Below, piece after piece: positions 10,671-21,910 of a DNA stretch of 64,000 nucleotides; positions within the stretch are counted from its first letter, which is position 1; each line of letters begins with the position of its first letter. Under the pieces are notes generated by a model. That model was not told the DNA's origin. It worked only from the letters and a program-made list of their open reading frames with translations, and did no database searches. The position numbers and the translations under genes are program-made. This DNA is from Diadema antillarum (taxonomy: Eukaryota): NCBI RefSeq assembly GCF_040938485.1, contig NW_027271183.1:186001-250000 (forward strand), in the 5' to 3' direction.

Positions 10671-13246
10671 GTTTTAGGTAGGTAGCGAGAGGAAATGGGG
10701 GATTGATGGTTGGATAGGATTTGGGGACATGGGTTATGATTTCAATGAAATCAAAAAAAAAATTTCATTTCATCTATTCAAGAATGCTTTATGAGATTTT
10801 AGTTTATTGAGGCTCCCATGCCATGCTATCCTTTCATTTGTATATTTTGTGCTATTAAGAAGGCTGTCATACCGTCCTTTCAATTGTATATCTTGTACAA
10901 TCAAGCAGAAGTTATCTTTTTTTTTTTTCAATTTGATTGTTTAGTTAGTTTAATGTTTGTATTCATTTCATTTTAAAAATGGTGGTGATGGCACAGAATT
11001 CCAATAAAAAAATTTAACAAGAAAGTGTGCAGGCACGCTCACCGTGATGTGCGGCATAATTCTCCTTCCTCATCATTAATATGCCATAACTCACGGCTCT
11101 GTCTAGTTCTGGATTCTGGCATTCAGACTAAGATAACAACCACATTCATCAGTTACCCTGCAGCACAATCGTGTACACGCACATCAAACATAAAAATGAA
11201 ATATTGACTGCAGAAAAAAAAAATAAGAGCACAAAACATGATACAGAGGTATTTGTCTTAAAGATATTCTGTATTTCTTGATATATTTTTGATAAACCTT
11301 CACAAAGGAACACTTTCATAGACTTTTAACAAGGAAATAAAAAAAGAGATTGTCTCATGAAAAAAATTGTAGATCTTGTCAAAATGAAAGGGATACTCTA
11401 ATTTTGTTCAATACATAAATGCAAACTTAGATGAAAAAAAAACAAAAACATCAAGCAAAAACAAATACCATAACTTGATGGAACATTTCATATTTGACAA
11501 TGAAAAAAAGTGCGGGGTTAAATTAAGGAGGTACAACCAGGTACTATTGTTCGCCTAGTACCTCCTTGGTTAAATCACAACTCGAGTTATCACGCGGACA
11601 GAGAGGATGGAGGCACGTTCGGACCAAGACGGACGGACAGACGGACAGACGGACAACCCGACAGCAACCCTCTGCAAATTGGCATGAAAACACGATCTGC
11701 CAGAAATTAACGGTTGAAAAATACTCTGTAGAAATGATTTAGGCCTACATTCAATTATGACCCCTCCACCCCCCCCCCCCAATCTGCAATAATCTCTAAT
11801 TGATTGTCATTTTCAAATATGTTGAAGGCTCTATTACAATAAAGTGCTAAAAAGTCGAAATCAGAATTGGAGTTTTACTTTGTTACAATGAAACTGCAAA
11901 ACGCTTCAATTATTTGTAGGGCGCCCTCTCAAATACTTTCTGTAAGATCTAAAATTTTGACGATAACAGTTGAATGAAGGATTACACGAATGCACATGAT
12001 TGAGAATACAATTTACTAGTATGATCGTTTGTTAATGACTATTCTTCAGGACAGAACAAGGGGTTCTAAAATTGGAAAGGAAGACAACACAATATTTCCC
12101 TTGAAGCAAAAGCCACATCATGGCCGCTTGGTGAACAATATACAAATGATGCACAGGACAGAGTGGATCGGTGAGAATTGGATGCACGTGTTTAACTTTG
12201 GAACTGTTTAAACCCACGAGCGCAGCAAGTGGGTTTTAGACTGTTCCAAAGTTAAACGAGAGCATCTTAGAATTTTATGATTTGCTCATTAAGTCGAGCC
12301 ATGAAACAAGAAATTAAATTGTCAAAATGTACAGCTCAAACAGAAAAGCGTTGATTTAAAAAAAAAAAAATCATTGGTAGTCATTGTTCACACTCATCTT
12401 TATTGCCATACCTTGCACTCTTCCCTTTATCATAACAAACCTCAGTCTATCACACTTTCCTTTCCACAACTGATGCTTATGTGGAGTCATAAATTCACTA
12501 GTCCTTTCATTTCAGGTCACTAACCTGATCCCAGTCTCTGATCGTAAAGCGTGCGGTCTAGCCTCTGTTCAGACAAAATAGTAATGTTTTCTATTCATTG
12601 TCAGCTTTCTTTCCCCATCCTAAATCATCTAGTCTTCTCTCAATTTCTTCTATTCACTTTGTATCTTATCCAGCCCCAACCCCACCCTTTTCCCAACTGT
12701 GTGTATAGTCAAAGGAAAAACAAAGACATGAAATACTTTGTAGATGGAGTATCCATTAACCACCGAGTGACACCATTCTCTCATCAGCTCTACCAGTGTC
12801 CGGTCTGTGTTCTCACTTTCGTCTTTCTCACGCCAGCACGAATTCCATTGTCTTCTCGCAGATACTTTACCCACATGAACTCAAAGTAATAATAAAGGAC
12901 CCACTTTCCAGTGGAATTAACAACAAATATCATCTCGCCTCCTCAATGTTATAAGATCAAATTAATATGTCACTGTTTCTATGTAATATATCAACATGAT
13001 TCATGAATAAAGACACCTGCATGTTTCTCATTTTCGAGATATCAAAACATCAAACAAAAAGAAAGCAGGATGCTTTTGATAGCGGCAAAGATTTAATCAT
13101 CAAGGAAATCTCAGTATTATACACTGTAGAATCCCCCTCCCCATTTTCGTATAAAACTCTTTATAAAACCCAGTGTCAGATCAGTCGGTGGTGAAACATC
13201 CTAGGCTTCTATTAAAACGAGAGAGTTATCATTTTCATCTTGTAAG

Positions 13247-15380
13247 ATGGCTGCTGCTCAGCCTTTAGGCAGGAATGTGCCGAACCAGGAAGAGTTTGGA
13301 GGATTAACTATCCAAGATGGGCCATCGATTCAAATATGACGTCGATGCCATAGTTCGTTAGTGTCGGAACCATGGACTACTTGCCACACACATGGACTGT
13401 GCTGCCTTTGGCCGACCATGTCAGAAAAGACCCTACAACAGGACAATTGATGGCGTCACTTGGCGTTGCCCATCCCAAGCCTGTTGTAAGACAGTGAACA
13501 TTTGTGAGGGAACTTTTTTTTTCGAGAAAAGCCACCTGCAACTCTGGTAGGTTTTTGCACTGTCATATATTTGGTCAACAAACTGTTGTTGGGTGAGAGG
13601 GCTACCTCAGGATGTCAAAATGAAGGAGATCGGAGTGTCCAACAGGACGACAGTTGACTAGATGCAGATTTCTTTCGTAATCTCTGAGTGCAACATTTTC
13701 AAAATCATCAACATCATATCGGAGGTCCGGGCGTCATGGTAGAGATCGATGGATCGCATTTCGCAAAATAAAAGAATAATGGGTTCTGGGCAGATACAAA
13801 CCTGCCCGCAAGGTAGGTTTTCTGGTCAAAGTCCAGCTGCGGGACGTGGCAACCTTGCTTCACCACATCCAACAATGGGTGGCCCCGGGGAGTGTCGTCT
13901 GGAAAGACATGTGGCGAGCGTACAACAATCTGCCAAACCTGCCCAGGCAGTATCAACACGAAGTGGTAAATCACAGTCTTAACTTCGTAGGCCTGAAACA
14001 CTGGAGTCACCACGAACAGAGTGGAATCAATGTGGTGGAGGGCTAAGGCGACGTTCAAGGCGCTGCAATGACAGACCAACCGGGAGATGATTGGGGATTA
14101 CCTGGCAGAGTTTATGTGGTCCTAGCACTTCTCAGAGAGTCCACTATTTCATCTGTGGACACAAATTGCCACGGACTTAGGCCCTGTCAATTAGTGTCGG
14201 AATCATGGACTACGTCCCACACACTTGGACTGTTCTGCATATGGCCATTTCAGAAAAGACCCTACAACAGGACAATGGATGGTGTCATGTGGCATTGCTC
14301 ATTCAAAGACTGTTGGAAGACAGTGAACATTTGTAAGGGAACTTTTTTTCGAAAAAAAGCCACCTGCAACTCTGGCAGGTTTTTGCTCTGTTATACATTA
14401 GTTCAACGAACTGTGGTTGGGCAAGAGGACTACCACAGGACGTCATAATGAAGGAGATCAGAGTGTCCAACAGGACGACAGCTGACTGGATGCAGTTCCT
14501 TCTTGATGTCTGCGTGCAATACTTTCAAAATCATCAACATCAAATCAGAGGTCCTGGCGTCGTGGTAGAGATCGATGGATTGCTATTCGCAAAGCGAAAG
14601 AATATTATTGGACACGCCACACCAGCAAAATGGGTTCTGGGCGGATAACAACCTGCCTGGAAGATAGTTTTTTTTGGTCGAAGTCAAGCTGCGGGACGCA
14701 GCAACCTTGTTTCACCACATCCAACAATGGGTGGCCATTGGCAGTGTCGGCTGGAGAGTCCACTATTTCATTCGTGGACACAAATTGCCACGGACTTGTA
14801 CCCCATCAATTAGTGTCGGAACCATGGACTACTAATTCCCACACACATGGACTGTCCTACCTGCGGCCATGTCAGAAAAGACCCTACAACAGGACAATTG
14901 ATGGTGTCACGTGGCGTTGCTCATCCAAAGCCTGTCAGAAGACAGTGAACATTTGTAAAGGAACAAGGCAAAAGAATATCGTCAGACACGCCACATCAGC
15001 AAAATGGGTTCTGGGCGGACAACAACACGCCCAGAAGATAGGTTTTCTGGTCGAAGTCCAGCTGCGGGATGCGGCAACCTTGTTTCACCACATCCAACAA
15101 TGGGTGGCCCCGCGCAGCGTCGTCTGGACAGACATGTGGCGAGTGTACAACAATCTGCCAAACCTGCCCAGGCAGTATCGACATGAAGTGGTAAATCACG
15201 GTCTTAACTTCATAGACCCTAAACACTGGAGTCACCACAAACAGAGTGGAATCAATGTGGTGGAGGGCTAAGGCGAAGTTCAAGGCACTGCAAGGATAGA
15301 CCAAACCGGTGATGATTGGGTATAACCTGGCAGAGTTTATGTGGTCCCAGCACTTCTCGGAGGGTCCACTTTTTCATCAT
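13247..15380 (+). pseudogene. Merlin (IS1595/ISXO2-like) transposase, three rearranged head-to-tail defective copies
   Basis: Motifs DGVTWRC..ACxKTVNI (zinc-binding), GGPGVxVEIDG..FAKRK, WVLGG, RDAATLFHHIQQWVAPGSVVWxDMWRAYNNL, HEVVNHSLNF and, after a frameshift, TGVTTNRVESMWWRAKAKFK. Multiple stops and frameshifts. Confidence 0.88.
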
Positions 15381-15960
15381 GATGAGATTGTTTACATCCT
15401 TGACTATCACAATGTTGCTAATAGAGGATACCATTCTCTTGCTCGAAAAAACAAATTTCTCTCTTGTGCCTGTCAGGTAAGGAAGAAATTGAATTCAATG
15501 ATAGACCTAAAACAGGTAGATGGAAAATATGTAGGTGCCTATACAAGCGTCAGAGAGAGTATCATTCGTGTCCTAAGGGAGCAGGTTGATAACGGCGATA
15601 CTGTGAAGGATAAGGTACGTGTGAAATTAAGTGGCGATGGTACTCGTATCACATGTAAGCAGAGTTTTGTGAACATTGCTATCTTACTTTTTCAGATCAT
15701 AAAGATGCTACTGTATGTCAGAAAATGGAAATCACTTGATTGCCATAATCAAATGCCCTGAAAAGAATGATTCTCTGAAATCTGCCATCCATGACTTGAT
15801 TGAGGAATTTGAAAATCTGAATACCATTTCTATTGATGGTAAAGAAATATTGATTGACTAGAAATGTCGCTATGGCGACTGGTATGCCTCCGCCATAATG
15901 CATGATTCTCCTAATAGGTCTAGATAGTACATGTGGACAATGTGTGATTACATTTTCACA
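15381..15960 (+). pseudogene. Fragment of a DDE transposase of the CMC/Transib (RAG1-core-like) type
   Basis: KVRVKLSGDGT, then across frameshifts GNHLIAIIKCPE.NDSLKSAIHDLIEEFENLNTISIDGKEILI, GDW and LIGLDST. This matches the DG ... GGDWKFL..G pattern I recall for aquatic-invertebrate CMC/Transib-like transposases. Confidence 0.55.
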
Positions 15961-16159
15961 AAATTGGCAAAATATTAAAATGACAAGTTTGTCACATATT
16001 ATGTGTTGAATGTCCACCTTCCTTGACCTAGGTTTAATTGGATGAATAGGAGAGCATGTATTTGGGATTTAAGGATTTTAACTTGACATTGACCCATTCA
16101 TACGTTTATGCATTGAGCAATTTTCAAGGTATGGAGAAAAAGTGCAATTTCTGTATTGA

Positions 16160-17110
16160 ATAGTAAATTGTTACCATTTTCATCTGGCCTTTGACCCTAA
16201 CTTCACAAGATAATCAGGCAGAACATGCATAAATACGTACAATGTAGCACATTTCAAGATAACTTGAGCCACTTCCGAGATATGGAGGAAAAAAAGTAGT
16301 TCAGCACTTTCACTTGATATTTGACCTTTTGACCTTTGAGGCAAAAACAGAAGGAAAAAAAAAACTTTCCAGAGAATCTCTATTAGGTTATAAATGCATA
16401 CACCAAGTGTAAAAAAAAAATAATCCTGCTGGCATTGCATAAACATGAGGGAAATAGTAAAATTTTGAAGTGTTGCCCTTGACCTTTGACCCCTGACCTT
16501 TGACCCCATGAACCCTAAATTCTCTAGATAATCACTGCCAGTCAGTACTATCTTCCATGAAGATACCTTGAACAATTTCCAAGGTACAGAGAAAAAAGAT
16601 GAAGTTTTAATAATTTTACTTGACCTTTTGACCTTTAATGTCATGACCCAAACTTTCACCAGAGAATCTTAGTGGGTAATACATATATAGACCAATTCTG
16701 TGACGCGCTATGTGTATTTTTGGCATGACCAGCGCCATTAACGCGATGTCTTAGCCGACCCCCCCTCCCCTCTCCCCACCCCCTTCCGCGCGCGGAATGA
16801 AAAACTGATGCATGGTCGTTTTAGCCAATAGGCGTCTCGTACTGAGTGCGCGAACACTTGCTTAGTTGGCGAACCTTTGTTACAAGTGCGTGATAAACAT
16901 GTTGCCCGGGGATGGGGGAGAGGAGAGGGGGTCGGCTAAGACACCTGAAAATGAGCTCATGGCTGCGCCCAGTGCCACAAATTGTCTGCTGCCTTCAACG
17001 AACCCGAATCAGTCTATACACTAAGTTTCAAGAAGATATCTTCAGGCATTGCATAGATATGGTGGAAATAGTGAAATTTACATATTTGACCTTGACCTTT
17101 TGACCTTTGA
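16160..17110. repeat. Degenerate TGACCTTTGACC-rich element (probable HINE core repeats), interrupted by a MITE
   Basis: Recurrent GACCTTTGACC motifs on both sides of the 16747-16943 insertion. Confidence 0.45.
16747..16943. mobile_element. ~197-bp MITE with ~35-bp TIRs
   Basis: TGTCTTAGCCGACCCCCCCTCCCCTCTCCCC ... GGGGGAGAGGAGAGGGGGTCGGCTAAGACA; no TSD evident. Confidence 0.7.
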
Positions 17111-17270
17111 CCTTGAGCACGTTCACCCAATTTTTAAAGAAATAACCGCCCATCTGACGGAAATGGGTTTCCAGGCCCGACCCTCATCGAGAGTAAAACA
17201 AAAAATAAACAGGCTGAAGGGGGAATACCGAGAGATGAAAAGAAAAATGAAGACAAGCGGTGAAGGAAAG
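17110..17270 (+). pseudogene. Myb/SANT-like (trihelix) DNA-binding domain fragment, typical of PIF/Harbinger ORF2
   Basis: IFKEITAHLTEMGFQARPSSRVKQKINRLKGEYREMKRKMKTSGEGK, followed by a donor-like GTATTG at 17271. Confidence 0.65.
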
Positions 17271-18039
17271 GTATTGATTGACAAGTCATCAAGGATTACG
17301 TAACGCCTTCGCTCGAGAATTCGAATTCTAATCACAGTTTTCGATTGAGCGTGTGTAAGGTCCGATAATTCTAAAGACGAATTGCAATCATCATTACAAT
17401 GATGATTCAAGTCATGAATTTTCTCTCGTGTGTAACCGATCTTGGAAAAAAGAGAAAGTTTTGCTGCCACTTGGAAAAGAGAGGAAATTCTGGTTCTCCT
17501 CCTTTTAGGAAGCAAAGAGTGAGAAAAACTACAAGACTTTGTGAACATTGTAGTGAAAGGAAGGAAAATCCAAATTTTGAACACAAATGAAATTGTTGTA
17601 CAACTGAACCAGTATACTTCTCTCAGTTAGGAAAAGAGGCAGAGTATGCATCACATTTATTGTTTTATGTTGGTTGCAAGGAAACTTGTTGTGTATACAT
17701 TTATAAAGACAAAAAGTACATGTTGAGTATAATTATGATGCGTGATACAGAAACCCTTTGGCAAAAGAAGATTTATTTGTTACTTTTCACTAAACAGTTT
17801 TGACAGAATTTTGGTTTTTTAAGCTATAAGAGTTAACAGTAACTGGATATAGCTTTCCCAAGAGGAGAATAGAAGTTATTATATAAATAGAATAAAAGGT
17901 GATTAAAAATATTGGTTGATTTATAATTTAAGCAAGAAGGAATTAATCAGAAATCAATCAGAGAAAGGAAGATAATGTGATATATAATTTGCTTGGAGTG
18001 AAATTGGTTTGATTAAGTAATCACATTTTTATATATTTC

Positions 18040-18960
18040 TGTGACAGCAACAAGAACTATTTTGAGCTACATGATGTACAAATGTTCAAGCAGTTATGAA
18101 TGTAACTTTATTGAGAATAAAGAGAACACTTTGCCATGCCATCTCAACCTAACCAGATCGTCTCTCCTCGTCTCTTTTTCCAGCGAGTCCAGTGAGTTTC
18201 TTTCTAAAAGACCCTTGCCACTGGCGCCACCTTGGCACAGGGCTTACATTTGGCGACCCTGCCAGGACGTCACACTGGCTGAAGAAATACAGGTAAGACA
18301 GCTGTGGCGTCCCATGGACCAGAACTAGGAATCCTGAAGAGCCTCTAACCAAGTACCCACACATCTACCATGGCGGCCAAACTCACTACAGTGATGCAGC
18401 AGGTGCAGGAAGGACTCCACAGGCTAGACGAGGGTCAACTCCTGGGGCTGGCAGAGACGCTGAAGATCTCCCCGGAAGAAGAGAAAAAGGTAAGGGGGAG
18501 AGGGAGGATGGGAGCCTTTAGGTGGGTGTGTAGGTATTTGGACAGGGAAGAGGTGGAGGAAATGGAGGACGGTGGACTGGCGGTTTTCGAAGGCGTGCTG
18601 CACTACATCGAAGGACTGGTGGGGAAAGAGAGCAAGGAAATACCTGCACCAGCAGCTGATGGGGCAGACACGTCCATCGGAGAGCACCAGCTACCACCAC
18701 CACAAGCCACACCATACGTTCAGCTACCAACCAACCCCAACTACATTCCCGCCTACTTCTCAGTCCACCATTAATCCAGCTACTTCATTCCTCTTCCCAA
18801 ACCAGTACCCGCCCATCCCTTTTCAGCACCAAACTCTCCCCCAATTCCTTGGTCACCCACAAGTACCACTAATAAGGCCACCATCAAACGCTGGCCTCAA
18901 TAGCCCCATCAATGCAACCATGAATATGCTGTATACTCGCAGTGCTGACGATAATCCTTA
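18040..18960 (+). mobile_element. 5' portion of a Gypsy-like LTR retrotransposon: LTR end, PBS and gag N-terminus (ORF 18370-18774)
   Basis: The LTR-like end CTTACA (18248) is followed by TT and TGGCGACCCTGCCAGGA (18251-18267), a tRNA-Arg-like PBS. The gag-like protein includes LAETLKI...VCRYLDREEVEEMEDGGLAVF. The LTR start is approximate. Confidence 0.6.
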
Positions 18961-19088
18961 AAATCACCTTGGAGATGCCGGCAGATGCACCCTATGGGCC
19001 AGCCCTACACAGTGACGGGATGAAGGTTCTCAACAAGATATGGACTAGAAGGACGTAACAACATGATTGTGAGGACAAGACGGGACCA

Positions 19089-19353
19089 ACGAAGAGTGGG
19101 AAAAAGCGGTACAAAGTCATCAAGCCCAAGTATAAGCCTGTGAAAGCATCAGTTAAGGTCTGCAAAGGAAAGGTCTCATTCTCCTATGTTCATGACCTCA
19201 TGGAAGAGGTATCCCGTCGCAGTGTTAACTACAGCGCAAGTGAACTGGAAAAGAAAGATGCCCCACCATTCCTTAGCAGCCAGTACATACATATACCAGG
19301 CCAAGGATGAGCTCATTCGCCAGCATACTAGCCGCTTCTGTCTGGATACCTGA
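19089..19353 (+). pseudogene. C-terminal fragment of a Kolobok-type transposase
   Basis: TKSGKKRYKVIKPKYK..KASVK.CKGKVSFSYVHDLMEEV...APPFLSSQY, then after a frameshift KDELIRQHTSRF. This matches the G..RY....PK.K / Y+..LM.EV / H.SRF tail as I recall it. Confidence 0.55.
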
Positions 19354-19801
19354 TTATCCATCCCATAGGCTTTCTTACTAGTCCTTTCATCCATATGCAA
19401 GTACTGCAGTATGCTTGACACATAGTTATAGACGAAGGTATCATGAAGACATGAACACTTTTTCATGGTTTCACTCTGGACCCTGTTTCTGTGAGACATG
19501 TACATTTACTGTATCATGTTCATAATCATATTGTATGCTTTGGGAGGCTGTTCTAGCAATAACTTAGCTTATGGCACACATATGGATGTCAAGATTAGTT
19601 AACCTTGCTTGCCAATTTGTATATCACTGTATATATGTTTAGTAGGTATAGACTAATTTTATATACATCATTGTAATATATCATAAACATGTATTCTTGT
19701 ATTTATGTGTTGTACTCTCATACCCCGGAATGGGGTCGGAAGAGTCGAATAAAATCTAAATCTAAATCTAAATCTAAATCTAATATATGTCATATGATGT
19801 A

Positions 19802-19980
19802 CAGTGCACTCCCGAACACGGTTATAACGAAATTCCAGTTGTAACAAAGTAAAAATTTGGGCCGTAACATTATCCACTTTATGTGTTTTTATTGTTTGTT
19901 TGTTCGGTTACAACAAAATTTCAATATAACGAAAGAAAACTGCCGGTCCCAAGGTCTTTGATATAATGGGAGTCCACTAT
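19802..19980. mobile_element. Tigger-like MITE; related copies near 5530-5702 and 44058-44265
   Basis: TA|CAGTGCACTCCC ... GGGAGTCCACT termini, and an internal GAAAGAAAACTGC motif shared among the copies. Confidence 0.6.
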
Positions 19981-21699
19981 GATACAGTCATTCAAGCATG
20001 AAAGAGGTTAACATGTGGCTTGGATTCCATAGTCTTACATTATTATCATAAAAGTACCCCTAGGTGTACTCAGTTCCTTCCTCTAGCAGATTATTATACA
20101 CCTGCCAAACATAGTGTGAAAGGGGTATGTGATAGGTATCAGTGTGACGTTAGTCGGGCAGGTGATGCAAACTGCGACAGCTTTTATGCAATTGACATAA
20201 AAATTTGTGTAAGTGATGAAATTGAGGTGTAGGTGTGCAAGACTTATTTTTTGTGTGTTTTTCAGACAAAGTGATGCCATGTTAACCAAAGTTTCATCAA
20301 AATGTTGTACAGCAATAACTTCCACAGCATTTTAGTAGTTAAGGTCAAAGTTGGTGTTTGTGATGGTCTGTTTCTATTTGTGCGACACACCCTTTGTGTT
20401 TGTACCTGACTAAGCATTAGCCATATAGTTTTCTTTTTTATATTCTATTTTAGTTGAGCCATTTACCACACAGTCAAGAGGTGATGTATAATGAAGTACT
20501 GTACAGATATCTAAGCACCTTCAACTTTTACAACCTTGCACTTTTTGTGGTCACCAACAAAAATGCGGGGTGCACCACCCCTCTTTATTCATTTATTTAT
20601 TTTTTAAACAAAAGAAATATGACAACAATAGGGGGGGGGGGCATAATTTCTGTAGGCTATCACATGTATTTTATGTATGTTTGCATGCCATTGCCATTTG
20701 ACCTTACCCCCAATACATGTACTATGCATAAATGCATCTCATATAATTAGTTACTTTCAACATTCTTTTGCTATACATGTAGTATCCAGTAGTGTTTCAT
20801 GTGCATGCTGTAAACACTAGATACGGTATGTGAACAATCTGTTTCATTATGAATATAAAGATTGTTTAGTGTTTGTTTCATATGTGAAGAGTGATCAAGT
20901 ATTTTTAGACACATGTAGGCTGAAAATGTATGCACAACACATTCTTGCCTTATGTTTGTTTGGTACAAATAATTCATGTTAAGCTTATCACTACTTATTG
21001 CATTGAACAAATGGGTCTTTTTCAGCTCAGTTTAAACCTATGTTGTGCCATGTAGTGTATGTAAACGATCCAGACAAGTTCTCGGTCTATATCATTGTAT
21101 CTTTGTTGTACACATTGCATACATCATGTGTGTTGAGAAAATGTTCAGAGTTTGAGAAAGGATTAAAGAGAATGAAACAAAATAGTGTTCCAATTACCAC
21201 ATACCTAAAATCAAGTTTGTATTCCTTTTTTTTTTTTGTACAATGTACCAGGTAGTAAAATGAAAAGGGAAAAGTACCTAAGATTTTTTTTAGTGTGTGT
21301 TTGTGTGTGTTTGCATTTGAAGTATGTGTGTGTGTCATAAAAGGAAACCCGAGTGTACTGTAGATGTACATACTTAGGGGGTGTTGTAAGAAAGTCGAGT
21401 TGCGATTAATTGCAAATATCTATTGCAACTTTGCAATAGATAGAACTACTGCAACTTGCAATCAATCGCAAGTTGCAGTAAGTTGCAAGAAGGGAGCTTG
21501 CAATTAATTGCAAGATGCAATTAATTCTAAGCTCCCTTACTGTATTTTGTATATTTATGAAAGCGACTGGCAAGACAAGCCTAGCAAGATGCAATTAATT
21601 TCAAATATGATTGTGGTATCTTGTATTTATAAAAGCGACTGGTTAGACAAGCCTACCAGATTTCTCTGTTTTCAGGTCATTCCAGCGATATCGTCTGTA

Positions 21700-21910
21700 T
21701 TTGCAACGCTAAGCTACAAAAACAAGCACTCATGGCCAAGTATGACAATGACAGACTAGAGCAGTACTCTTGGCGTGAATTGGTTCAGATATCTGGGATC
21801 CCAGCAATCAAAGACGAGGATGTCCATAAGAAGGTCATTGATCTAGGAAACAAGCTCGGCGTGGACATACGTGATCAAGATATCTCAGTTGCTCACCGCT
21901 ATGGAAAGAA
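21700..21910 (+). pseudogene. CR1/L2-type LINE ORF1 fragment
   Basis: KYDNDRLEQYSWRELVQISGIPAIKDEDVHKKVIDLGNKLGVDIRDQDISVAHRYGK matches the LEQYSRR..L.I.GIP ... DI..AHR motif of the ORF1p RRM-like domain. Confidence 0.8.

Noticed and set aside
13003-13194. DAFDSGKDLIIKEISVL, reminiscent of a Polinton-associated D..GF...F..KE motif
   Set aside because: The match is too short and degenerate, and there is no other Polinton gene or terminus nearby.
18251-18267. tRNA-complementary sequence as a tRNA gene
   Set aside because: Only 17 nt complementary to a tRNA 3' end and no cloverleaf; interpreted as a retrotransposon PBS.
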